The notes beneath the pieces were generated by a model, which saw only the letters and a program-made list of their open reading frames with translations, did no database searches and was not told the DNA's origin. A stretch of 64,000 nt of DNA, taken from Candidatus Eiseniibacteriota bacterium (GTDB taxonomy: Bacteria; Eisenbacteria; RBG-16-71-46). Each line of letters begins with the position of its first letter. Positions within the stretch are counted from its first letter, which is position 1. The stretch lies in the NCBI GenBank assembly GCA_963717505.1, contig OY970342.1, forward strand, positions 1,376,001 through 1,440,000, given 5' to 3'. The position numbers and the translations under genes were made by a program. Shown in pieces: positions 20,649 to 30,224 of the stretch.

Positions 20649-22321
20649 ACCACTTCGCCCAGGGCTTCGCGGCAGGTTACGCGCACCGCTTCGTGTTTGG
20701 ACTTGAGCCCGGTCTCGAGCGCATCGCGTGCACTGGTGGTGCCGATGCGCGCCAGCGTCTGCGCCGCCGCGCTGCGCACCAAGGTCTTGCGAACGAACAG
20801 CCCGGTCTTCTGGACCATGGCCGCCAACGCAAACACGGACTCGTCGCCCGCGATCTCGGCCAACCCCGAGAAGATCTGGCGCTGCAGCTCCTCGTCCTCG
20901 GATTCGAACTCGGGGGACTCGATGCGACTGAGCAGCGCCCGCGCGGCCGCCGGGTTCCTCTCACGCGTCAGGACCGACAGCGTCGTGCCGAGGATCTTGA
21001 GGTCGCGGGTATGCAGCAGCTCGATCAGCACCGGCAATCCCTCTTCCCGCGGCGCCTGGGCCAGCGAACGGATGGCCTCGCGGACCACCCGCTCGTCGGC
21101 GTTGCCGATGGCGACGCCCAGGAGGCGGCCGACGCCGGCGCCGCCCACCATGCCCAGGACCTGAGCCGCATTGCGGACCACGTACCAGCGCGGGTCGTGC
21201 AGGTAGGGCTCGAGTCGCTCGGGGGCGTTGGCGCACAGGATGGCGAGCGCCACTTCGGTCGCGGCGCGCGAGGCAGGTTCCTCGGCTTCGGCCATGACCG
21301 AGCACACCATGTCGACCGCCGCCGGCCCCATGGCCAGCGCCACTTCGATGAACGCGCTGATCTGGGAGCCCTCGGACCGCTCCAGACGCTCGGCCAGGAA
21401 CACGGGATCCAGCTTCGACAGGGATCCCGCCAGCATCGGGCTCCACGAGGTCGGGTCGGACTCGATCTCCTGGAGGAGTTCGAGGGCGTAGTGCGCCGCC
21501 TCCCAGTGGCCCTTGACGATCGAGTCCGGCAGCCAGCTGACGACGAAACGCGTCACCGCACGCCGCATGTCCTCGCCCGAATCGAGCGCCAGGAGGTCGC
21601 GGACGAAGGCGCCGATGTCGCGGTGTCCGGTGGCCGCGGCTTCGTGCTGCCATGCCGCCAGCAGCCGGGCGCGCGAAGACTCGACGTTCGATTCGAGCGC
21701 GCGCAGCGTTTCGCCGACGTCGACCCCGGCTGCAGGCAGGGCCCGGTCGTCGAAGCGATGCGGAAGGTCGTCCGCAGCGCCGTCCGGATCGAGACTGGTG
21801 CGCAGCTCGTTCGGCACCGACGTCACCTCGATGTGCGTCAGGCCCGACTGCCACAGTAGGGTGACGAGGTCGTCGTGCTCACGCGTGGTCATCCCCGCGT
21901 CACGCAAGGCATCGATCAGCGCATCGACGTCGGCCCGCGGCACTCCCGGCATGAGACTCACTTGACGAATTCCGTCGCCAAAGAGGAGCGCGGTGAGCGC
22001 CTGTTCGTCGGACTTGCGCACGGTGACGTCGGCTTGGTCGCCGGGACCGATGATGCGCTCGTCGCCGAGGAACACCTCGGTGGGCGTGAAGCGGAGCGTC
22101 AGTGGCCCGAAGCGAAGGAGCAGGTCCGCGAGATTCGCGTGGACGACCTGGCGCGCGTCGTCGACCATCGGGTTTCGCCCCTTGGCCGAGTAGAGTCGCG
22201 ACACCCGGCCCGCGTGGACCAGCTGCCGCAGCCATGCGGCGCACGTGTCTCCGAGCACGGAACGGCCGGTGGGAGTTCCCAGCGGCATGGCGGAGCCGAC
22301 CTGGCCTGGCGAAGCGGTCAT
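20645..22321 (-). CDS. HEAT-repeat protein
   Basis: LHDPRWYVVRNAAQVLG, DERVVREAIRSL, VRSAAAQTLARIG; stop overlaps the HD gene start. Confidence 0.8.
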   Translation of the reverse strand: MTASPGQVGSAMPLGTPTGRSVLGDTCAAWLRQLVHAGRVSRLYSAKGRNPMVDDARQVVHANLADLLLRFGPLTLRFTPTEVFLGDERIIGPGDQADVTVRKSDEQALTALLFGDGIRQVSLMPGVPRADVDALIDALRDAGMTTREHDDLVTLLWQSGLTHIEVTSVPNELRTSLDPDGAADDLPHRFDDRALPAAGVDVGETLRALESNVESSRARLLAAWQHEAAATGHRDIGAFVRDLLALDSGEDMRRAVTRFVVSWLPDSIVKGHWEAAHYALELLQEIESDPTSWSPMLAGSLSKLDPVFLAERLERSEGSQISAFIEVALAMGPAAVDMVCSVMAEAEEPASRAATEVALAILCANAPERLEPYLHDPRWYVVRNAAQVLGMVGGAGVGRLLGVAIGNADERVVREAIRSLAQAPREEGLPVLIELLHTRDLKILGTTLSVLTRERNPAAARALLSRIESPEFESEDEELQRQIFSGLAEIAGDESVFALAAMVQKTGLFVRKTLVRSAAAQTLARIGTTSARDALETGLKSKHEAVRVTCREALGEVV

Positions 22322-22353
22322 CCGCGGGAATATCGGCCTCGGCCCGGCGCGCC

Positions 22354-22382
22354 TTGACTTGATCCACCCAGCCCGATAAGGT
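22354..22382 (+). promoter_or_regulatory. Putative sigma70 promoter of the rpmH operon
   Basis: TTGACT-17 nt-TAAGGT, about 47 nt upstream of the rpmH ATG. Confidence 0.55.
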
Positions 22383-22428
22383 CCCCGGTCTTCTCGCCTA
22401 ACCCTTTGCCAACACGAGGCCTGTCCGC

Positions 22429-22578
22429 ATGAAGCGCACGTACCGTCCGCGCAACCGCCACCGCAAGAAGACCCATGGTTTTCGCGCGCGGATGAAGACC
22501 AAAGGCGGCCGCAAAGTCATTTCGGCCCGCCGCAAGCAGGGTCGCAAGCGCCTGACCGTTTCATCATCGTCCCGGTAG
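22429..22578 (+). CDS. rpmH: 50S ribosomal protein L34
   Basis: Below the ORF-track length cut-off; translates to [49 protein letters not shown]. Confidence 0.97.
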   Translation: MKRTYRPRNRHRKKTHGFRARMKTKGGRKVISARRKQGRKRLTVSSSSR

Positions 22579-22616
22579 ACGGTCGCGGCGTCTCGCTGCC
22601 CGCCCACCACCACGTC

Positions 22617-23015
22617 TTGTTCGATCGCGGCGCCCCTGCGACGGGAGGCTGTCTGGACCGCTCCCGAATGCTGAGGTCGTCACGGGAGTTTGCCGAGGTG
22701 AAAGCCCAGGGAACCGGCTTCCGCGGCCGCCACTGCCTGCTCGTGGCGCTGGCGAAACCCTACGAACCGACGCGGGTCGGCTTCGTCATCAGCAAGAAGG
22801 GCGTGGGCAACGCCGTCGAGCGCAACCGCGCCCGCCGCCGCCTGCGCGAGATCCTGCGCGTGCGCTGGCCGCGCGTTCCCGAGTCGGGTTACTGGCTGGT
22901 GATGATTGCCTTCCGGAGCGTGCTCGAGGCGTCCCACCAGGACCTGGCGAACGACATCGAACGAGTGCTGGCAGCGGCCGGCGCACTGGCTCCCATTCCG
23001 GCGGCGGGAATTTGA
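22617..23015 (+). CDS. rnpA: Ribonuclease P protein component
   Basis: RVGFVISKKGVGNAVERNRARRRLRE (RNR motif); the start could be the later ATG at 22668. Confidence 0.93.
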   Translation: MFDRGAPATGGCLDRSRMLRSSREFAEVKAQGTGFRGRHCLLVALAKPYEPTRVGFVISKKGVGNAVERNRARRRLREILRVRWPRVPESGYWLVMIAFRSVLEASHQDLANDIERVLAAAGALAPIPAAGI

Positions 23016-23026
23016 ACCCGAATTCC

Positions 23027-23239
23027 ATGTCGCGAATGCTGGCGCTGGCCCTGGTGCGCGTCTATCAGACGCTCGCCGCGCCGTTCACCCGTGGCGCATG
23101 CCGTTACGCGCCTTCCTGCTCCGAGTACGCGCGCGAAGCCATCGAACGGCACGGCGCCTGGCGCGGTCTGGGGCTCGCCCTGCGTCGCGTGGCGCGCTGT
23201 CATCCGCTCGGAGGCCACGGCTGGGATCCGGTCCCATGA
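23027..23239 (+). CDS. yidD: Membrane protein insertion efficiency factor
   Basis: CRYAPSCSEYA, RCHPLGGHGWDPVP; located between rnpA and yidC. Confidence 0.95.
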   Translation: MSRMLALALVRVYQTLAAPFTRGACRYAPSCSEYAREAIERHGAWRGLGLALRRVARCHPLGGHGWDPVP

Positions 23240-25113
23240 TGAAGAACCAGCGGCTCGATCGCACCGCAATCATCGTGATCGGCGTCTGCGTCTTGTTGGT
23301 GTTGTTCTACCCGCAGATCCTCCGGATGATGGGCTACGGCCAATACGTGGACCCGCCGCGGCGCCAGACCACGGTGGTGGACACGACCGCCGCGCCCATG
23401 ACGACGACGGCTCCGAGTGCAGCGGCCACGCCCCCCGTGCCCGCCGCGGGAACCGGTGTTGCCGCCCCCGGGGCCACCAGCCTCCAGGCGGGCGAGTTCA
23501 AATCCACCACGCCGCAGCTCGAACGCTCGGTGTCGATCGAGACCCCGCTCTACCGCGCCGAGTTCTCGAATCGCGGCGGCCGACTGGTCGCGATGGAGCT
23601 CAAGCACTACGCGGCGGCGCACGGCGCGTCGTCGGCCGGCGGCAAGGCGCATCGGCGCACGCCCGGCCGCGAAGTCGAGCCCGGTGACCGCGTCCAGCTC
23701 GCCGGCGGTCCGCTGCTGGCGCTCGACCTCGGGGCACCGGGGGCGCTCCATTCGCTGGGCGGGGTGGTGTTCACGGTGGCCGAGAGCCTGGATGCCGCCG
23801 GTGACGTGCGCGTTCTCACCTTCACCCATCGCGATTCGAGCGGGTTGTTCGTGCGGCAGACCTATCGCGTTCGACCCGACGACTACGCGCTCGAATACGA
23901 CGTCGAGATGCGCGATCTGCCGGCGTCCATGCGGATCGCCGACTACTCCCTGACCGCGCGCTCGTGGCCCCTGATGTCCGAAGCGGATCTGGGCAGTGAA
24001 ATCCGCGCATTGCGCGCGACCAGCCTGGTCGGCTCCAACATCCACCGCGATGGTGCCGGCGGCCTGCTGAAGGGCGCCAAGCGTTTCGACGGCAACGCGC
24101 AATGGGCCGCGGTGCAGACGCGCTACTTCCTGGCCGGGGTCGCAGTCCGCGAGGGCACGGCCCGCGGGGTGGTCGCCGCCGGCGAGCGCCGCGAGTTGTC
24201 GCCCGAGGTGCTCGCCCTGCTGCCCCGTGGCGCAGCACTCCAACAGGAAGTGGCGGTCAGCTCGCTGGTGATGAGCGTGCCCGGACCGCTGTCGCCGGTG
24301 AACCGCTTCCTGGTCTATGCGGGCCCTAGCGAATACTTCCGGCTGGATCGGCTCGAAGTGCCGCTCGATCGCGCGGTCGACCTGGGTTGGTCGTGGCTCC
24401 TGCCGTTCAGCAAGGCCCTGCTGCAGCTTCTGATCTGGACCTACGGCGTGGTCAGGAACTACGGCGTGGCGATCATCATCCTGGCCTCGCTGGTGCGATT
24501 GGTCCTGCACCCGCTGAACGCGGCCAGCCTCAAGAGCATGCGCTCGCTGCAAAAACTCCAGCCCGAAGTCGAGCGCCTCAAGCAGAAGTACAAAGGCGAC
24601 GCCCAGGCGATGAACACCGCGATGATGGCGCTCTACAAGGAGCACAAGGTGAACCCGGCCGGCGGCTGCCTGCCGCTGGTGCTGCAGATGCCGCTGTTCA
24701 TCGCGCTCTACAACGTGCTGTTCAACGCGATCGAACTGCGCCAGGCGCCGTTCGTCGCCTGGATGATCGACTTGTCCGCCCCGGATCACGTCTTCTCGAT
24801 CGGGCCTCTCCCCATGCTTGGGACCTTGCCCGTGCGCCTGCTGCCGATCCTCATGGCCAGCAGCGGACTGCTCCAACAGAGATTCACCCCGACCCCGCCC
24901 GAGCAGCGAGGGACCATGTACATCATGAACGTGGTCATGCTGGTGTTCTTCTACAACCTGCCCTCCGGGCTCGTGCTCTACTGGACGGTGATGAACCTGC
25001 TCACCGCGTTCCAGAGCTGGCTGGTCTACCGGCAGGACGGCGGCCTGATTCCCATGGGCACCGCCACGCCGGCCACCGCCACGGCCGGCGGCGGGCGACG
25101 GCGAAGGGGCTGA
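23236..25113 (+). CDS. yidC: Membrane protein insertase
   Basis: NYGVAII, LYKEHKVNPAGGCLP, ELRQAPF..WMIDLS, PSGLVLYW. Confidence 0.96.
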   Translation: MMKNQRLDRTAIIVIGVCVLLVLFYPQILRMMGYGQYVDPPRRQTTVVDTTAAPMTTTAPSAAATPPVPAAGTGVAAPGATSLQAGEFKSTTPQLERSVSIETPLYRAEFSNRGGRLVAMELKHYAAAHGASSAGGKAHRRTPGREVEPGDRVQLAGGPLLALDLGAPGALHSLGGVVFTVAESLDAAGDVRVLTFTHRDSSGLFVRQTYRVRPDDYALEYDVEMRDLPASMRIADYSLTARSWPLMSEADLGSEIRALRATSLVGSNIHRDGAGGLLKGAKRFDGNAQWAAVQTRYFLAGVAVREGTARGVVAAGERRELSPEVLALLPRGAALQQEVAVSSLVMSVPGPLSPVNRFLVYAGPSEYFRLDRLEVPLDRAVDLGWSWLLPFSKALLQLLIWTYGVVRNYGVAIIILASLVRLVLHPLNAASLKSMRSLQKLQPEVERLKQKYKGDAQAMNTAMMALYKEHKVNPAGGCLPLVLQMPLFIALYNVLFNAIELRQAPFVAWMIDLSAPDHVFSIGPLPMLGTLPVRLLPILMASSGLLQQRFTPTPPEQRGTMYIMNVVMLVFFYNLPSGLVLYWTVMNLLTAFQSWLVYRQDGGLIPMGTATPATATAGGGRRRRG

Positions 25114-25385
25114 CGCCGAGGCCACGGGTCCCCATGGCCAGCGAGGTTGGGACCGGCTAGACTGCGCCCCGTCCGGGCCGGCCTGACGCGGCAACCGGAT
25201 CCGAGGAATCGAGCCCTCGCCCCACGCTCACGCACGGCGAGACGTCTCGACTACCCGAAGCGCGGCTGGCGCACCACCGCCGCGCCATTCAATGGACCAC
25301 CGAGCGGGTGCGCGCTCGAGAGGCCGATGGCGGGAGCCAGGCTGGGCACGCATGCTCCCCGCCCCATTCCATGACGAGGAGTGCA

Positions 25386-26753
25386 ATGGCACCAAGGGCA
25401 ACATCCGGAGGTGTGTTCGAGGGCAAGACCCTCGACGAGGCAGTACGCAAGGGACTCGAGGCGCTGGGCTTGTCGCGCGCCGAAGTGATGATTACGACGA
25501 TCGAAGAAGGCTCGGGTGGATTCCTGGGCCTGGGGTCGCGCCCGTACAAGGTGCGGGTCATGCCGAGACCCGGCGGCGCGATTCGCGAAGCCGACCAATG
25601 GGCCGAACCCGGGCGCGGACGACGGAGCGGTGGCGACAGGAGCCGCGGCGGCCGTAACGACCGAGGGGATCGTGGGCGGGGTGGCGAACGTCCTCCGCGT
25701 GGTGATCGCCCTGATCGGGGTGGCCGGAGCGATCGTGGTCGTGTCGAGCCCGCGCGAGCCGGCCGTGACGAGGTCGTGCCCGCCGGCGATCGGACCGATC
25801 GACCGCAGCCCGTATCGGCGGAGCGCGGAGATCGGCCGGAGCGTGGAGATCGCGGTGGCCGCCGTGGTGGTCGTGGCGAACGCGGTCGAGGTGGACGAGG
25901 GGATCGCGATCGCGGTCCCGATCGCGGTCCCGATCGAGGGCGCGATCGCCCGATGTTGGAGGCCCGCGAGTCTCGCGAGCCAGTCGGTTCACGTGACATG
26001 AGAGAGCCGCGTGCACAGGAGTCGGAGGAGCCGCGTCATCGTGACGACAGCGGCTTTGACGCCCCCGTGGAGGCCGGTCGTGGAGACTCGTTCGGAGGGC
26101 GCCGCCGCCGCCGTGGCGGTCGTAGCGAGCGTGGTGGTCGTGGCGAACGGATGGCCCCCTCAGGCGAGCGGGCAGGAGCGCGCCCCATGGGCGAACACGC
26201 TCCGAGCGGAGAGCGTCGACCTCGCGAGGAGTCCATGGCGAGCGCGGCGACTGCCGAGCCCGCGATGCCGCCCGAACAGCTGATGGCCGAGGCCAAGCGG
26301 CTGACCGAGGACGTGCTTCGCGGCATGGGATTCGAGGCGACGGTAACGGTGACCGTGGACGAAGATCGAGCCGACGTTTCGGTTTCGGTGCCGCAGAACG
26401 AAGACCTGCTCACCGGACCCAAGGGCGAAGTTCGACAGGCGCTTCAGCACCTGTTGACCCTGATGGTCAATCGCGGCCAGGTCGGGCGCAGCCACATCCA
26501 GCTCGAGATCAACGACTTCTGGAAGACGCGCGAAGCCGATCTCGAATCCCTGGCCCGGGAGTTGGCCGAAGAGGCCGTCACCAACGGGACCGAGGCCGTG
26601 ACCGAGTACCTGAACGCGCAGGAGCGCCGCGTGGTGCACATGACGCTGCGCGACGACGCGCGGGTCAAGACGTACGCGCTGGGCGACGGCCTGATCAAAC
26701 GCGTGGCCGTGGCTCCGGCGGACTTCGCTGGAGGCCCGACCTACGAGGAGTAG
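25386..26753 (+). CDS. jag: Jag/EloR/KhpB RNA-binding protein (Jag_N, KH, R3H) with a long R/G/D-rich linker
   Basis: FEGKTLDEAV...GGFLGLG (Jag_N), LLTGPKGE (KH), LNAQERRVVH (R3H); RBS GAGGA upstream. Confidence 0.9.
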   Translation: MAPRATSGGVFEGKTLDEAVRKGLEALGLSRAEVMITTIEEGSGGFLGLGSRPYKVRVMPRPGGAIREADQWAEPGRGRRSGGDRSRGGRNDRGDRGRGGERPPRGDRPDRGGRSDRGRVEPARAGRDEVVPAGDRTDRPQPVSAERGDRPERGDRGGRRGGRGERGRGGRGDRDRGPDRGPDRGRDRPMLEARESREPVGSRDMREPRAQESEEPRHRDDSGFDAPVEAGRGDSFGGRRRRRGGRSERGGRGERMAPSGERAGARPMGEHAPSGERRPREESMASAATAEPAMPPEQLMAEAKRLTEDVLRGMGFEATVTVTVDEDRADVSVSVPQNEDLLTGPKGEVRQALQHLLTLMVNRGQVGRSHIQLEINDFWKTREADLESLARELAEEAVTNGTEAVTEYLNAQERRVVHMTLRDDARVKTYALGDGLIKRVAVAPADFAGGPTYEE

Positions 26754-26839
26754 TCGGACTCGGGATCTACGCGCGGCGCCGGCCTCGATCCCGAGACCGG
26801 CGCCTTCGCGTTCCGGACTGATTTCGGCTCGGAGCAGCA

Positions 26840-28421
26840 ATGCACGCCATCGACGACACGATTGCCGCCATCGCCACAGCGATCGGGGAGGCAGGGCTTG
26901 CCGTGATCCGGGTTAGCGGGCCGGACGCTCTGGCGGTGGCCGATCGGGTGTTCTCCGGCCGGAGAACACTAGCTGAGTGCGAGAGCCACACGGTTCACCA
27001 TGGCTGGGCGCATGAGGTTGTGGCTGAGGATGGACGGGGAGCCGACAACGGCACGCTCGGCTCCGCGTCCTGCTCCGCCTCGCTGAGACCTCGGCGTGCT
27101 CCGCCATCCCTGGCTACGCACGCCTCCGACTCGCCGGCATCGACTCCCCGTCCATCCTCAGCCCCGGAAACAGCGACACCCGACGAGAGGGCCGGCAAGC
27201 AGGCCCCCCGCCATCGAATCGATGAAGTCGTCGCGGCGATCTTCCGCGCACCCCGCTCGTACACGGGGGAAGACGTGGTCGAGCTGTCGTGCCACGGCGG
27301 GCGGCTGACCGCGGCTCAGGTGCTCGAGGCTCTGCTCGCGGCGGGGGCGCGGCTCGCCGGCCCCGGCGAGTTCACCCTACGCGCGTTTCTGAATGGCCGC
27401 ATGGACCTGGCCCGCGCCGAAGCCGTGGCCGACCTGATTCACGCCGAGACCGAATCCGCGCGCGCGCTGGCGCTCGACCAGCTCGCGGGCTCGCTCTCGC
27501 GCCGGGTCGAGGCGATCGCCGACCGGCTGACCGATGCACTCGCCGAGGTCGAGGCCCGAGTCGACTTCGCCGAGGACGTGGGCGGCGTCGAAGTGCCCCC
27601 CCACGTCGTGCGTGCGATCGATGAGGTCGGCGCCGAGCTCGACGCGCTGCTGGCGAGCGGGGCTTGGGGGCGCGCGGTGCGCGAGGGTGCTGCGCCTGCC
27701 GCTGGTCGGCCGCCCCAACGTCGGCAAATCCTCGTTGTTCAACGCGCTGCTCGGTGAGTCGCGGGCAATCGTGACCCCGCGTCCGGGGACGACGCGGGAT
27801 CGCGTGAGCGAGGCCGTCGAAATCGCGGGCGTGCGCGTGGTGCTCTCCGACACCGCCGGACTGCGACAAACCGGCGACCCCGTCGAGGCGCTGGGTGTCG
27901 CGCACACGCACCAGGCGTTGGACGAGAGTCGCGCGGTGCTGTGGGTGGTGGATGGCTCGGCGCCGCTCGAGGACGATGATCTGGCAGCGTCCCGAGCACT
28001 CGCCGGCAAGCGGGTGGTCGCGGTGCTCAACAAACGCGACCTGGGAGCCCGTGTGACCGCGGCGCGGGTGCGCGAAACCCTCGGCGACGCCGCGTGGTGC
28101 ACCGTGGTCGAGGCCTCGGCGGCGCGCGGCGACGGCGTGGGCGAAGTTCGCGCGCGTATTGCCGAGGTGGTGGGTGTCCCCGGGGCGCCGCTGGCAGGTG
28201 AAGGGATTCCCGCGCTCGCCAACCCCCGTCACGTGGATGCTCTCGGCCGCGCGCGGACGTCGCTGGCCCGCGCCGGCGCCACGGCGGCTGCGGGAGAACC
28301 GGGCGAGTTGGTGGCTGCGGATCTCCGCGAGTGCCTCGATGCGATCGGGCTCGTGACCGGCCGCAATGTCGGGCCGGACGTGCTCGATCGCATCTTCAGC
28401 CGCTTCTGCATCGGCAAATGA
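26840..28421 (+). CDS. mnmE: tRNA modification GTPase MnmE (one extra base near 27688; in-frame repeat insertion at 27022-27163)
   Basis: DTIAAIATA, PRSYTGEDVVE, GEFTLRAFLNG in the first frame; GRPNVGKSS, PGTTRD, DTAG, NKRD, FCIGK in the next frame. Confidence 0.92.
27022..27163 (+). repeat. Intragenic palindromic element, copy A: 89-nt core flanked by a 24-bp inverted repeat (1 mismatch)
   Basis: GGCTGAGGATGGACGGGGAGCCGA (27022-45) versus TCGACTCCCCGTCCATCCTCAGCC (27140-63); the core is homologous to 14785-14871. Confidence 0.9.
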
Positions 28422-30179
28422 CCGACCGCTACGACGTCGTGGTGGTCGGCGCCGGGCACGCCGGCTGCGAGGCTGCCGCCGCGTGCGCGCGTCTCGGCCT
28501 CGCGACCGCGCTACTCTCGGCGCGCCTCGAAGACACGGCCAAGATGTCGTGCAATCCCGCGATCGGCGGCATCGCGAAAGGTCACATGGTGCGCGAGATC
28601 GACGCCCTGGGCGGAATCATGGGCCTGATCACCGACCGCGCCGGCATTCAGTTCAAGGTCCTGAATCGCGGGCGCGGGCCAGCCGTCTGGTCGCCGCGCG
28701 CCCAATGCGACAAGCCACGCTACTCGGAGGAAATGCAGCGCCATTCGAGCGCGATCGATGGTCTCGAGCGCGTGGCCGGGATTGCCAACCACGTGCGACT
28801 CGAGACCGGGCGTGACGGCCGGATGCACGTGGCCGCGATCGAGCTGGACGACGGGCGCCTCCTGAGATGTCGCGCGGCGGTCATCACGCCCGGCACGTTC
28901 CTCAATGGCCTGATCCACATCGGACCCGAGAAGCTCACCGGAGGGCGGATCGGCGAGCACGCGGCGCGCGCGCTGAGCGAGTGCCTCGCCGAACTCGGCC
29001 TCGAGCGCGGCCGGCTCAAGACCGGCACTCCGCCGCGGCTCCACCGGAATTCGATCGACTACGACGCCATGGAGGTCGCAGCCGGGCGACGATCCGCCCA
29101 TGCCGTTCTCGCACTGGACCGAACGACTCGAGGTCGATCAGGTGTCGTGCTGGCTCACGCGCACCACCGCGCGCACGCATGACGTGATTCGCGAGCACCT
29201 GCATCTATCGCCGCTCTATTCGGGCGAGATCCGGGGCGCCGGGCCCCGCTACTGCCCCTCGATCGAGGACAAGGTGGTGAAGTTCGCCGAACGCGAATCC
29301 CACCACGTGTTCGTCGAGCCCGAGGGCCGGGAGGTGCCCGAGATCTACGTGAACGGCCTGTCGTCGAGCCTGCCGGCCGAGGTCCAGCTCGCGTTCGTGC
29401 GGACGATTCCCGGCCTCGAGCACGCCGAGATGATTCGTCCCGGTTACGCGGTCGAGTACGACTTCGTGAGCCCGCATCAGCTCAAGCCGACGCTCGAAGT
29501 GCAGGGTGTTTCCGGACTCTTCCTCGCCGGGCAGATCTGCGGCACCTCCGGCTACGAAGAAGCCGCCGCCCAGGGGCTGGTCGCCGGCGTGAATGCCGCG
29601 CTCCAGGTGCTCGGGCGCGAGCCGTTCGTGCTGCGTCGCGATCAGGCCTACATCGGCGTCCTGGTCGACGACCTGGTGACCCGCGAACACCACGAGCCCT
29701 ATCGCATGTTCACCTCGGCCGCCGAGCATCGTCTGCTGCTGCGCGCGGACAACGCCGACGAGCGGCTGTGCGCAATCGGGCGTGAGATCGGGCTGGTGAG
29801 TGATCCGCAGCTCGCGCGCGTGCGCGCGAAGTACGCGGCGATCCATGCGGCGGAGCGCGCTCGTGAAACCGATCCGATCCAACATCCGTTTCCGCGCGAA
29901 TGGGCGGAGAGCGTCGAGATCCGCCGCCGGTACCGGGGCTACATCGAGCGCCAGCAGCGCACCGCGGAGCGCACAGCGCAGCTCGATGATCTGATGCTGC
30001 CCGATTCTCTGTGGGTGACGGACCTCAGGGGCGTGTCGCGCGAAGCAGCGGAGAAGCTCAAACGCTGGCGTCCGCGAACCGTCGGCATGGCGGGCAGGAT
30101 CGCGGGTGTGTCGCCGTCGGACGTCGCGGTGCTGCTGGTCCTGACTCGACGCGAGCGCGAGGTGATTCCCGCCGTTTGA
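28418..30179 (+). CDS. mnmG: tRNA uridine modification enzyme MnmG/GidA (one extra base near 29078)
   Basis: [31 protein letters not shown], then in the next frame [38 protein letters not shown]. Confidence 0.93.
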
Positions 30180-30224
30180 CGAGGCTCCGACGCTCCGGGG
30201 CATCGCCGTGCTAGCTTCCGGATC

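Noticed and set aside
27680-29090. Programmed ribosomal frameshifting in mnmE and mnmG
   Set aside because: No slippery heptamer or known precedent; a third similar indel elsewhere points to assembly error.
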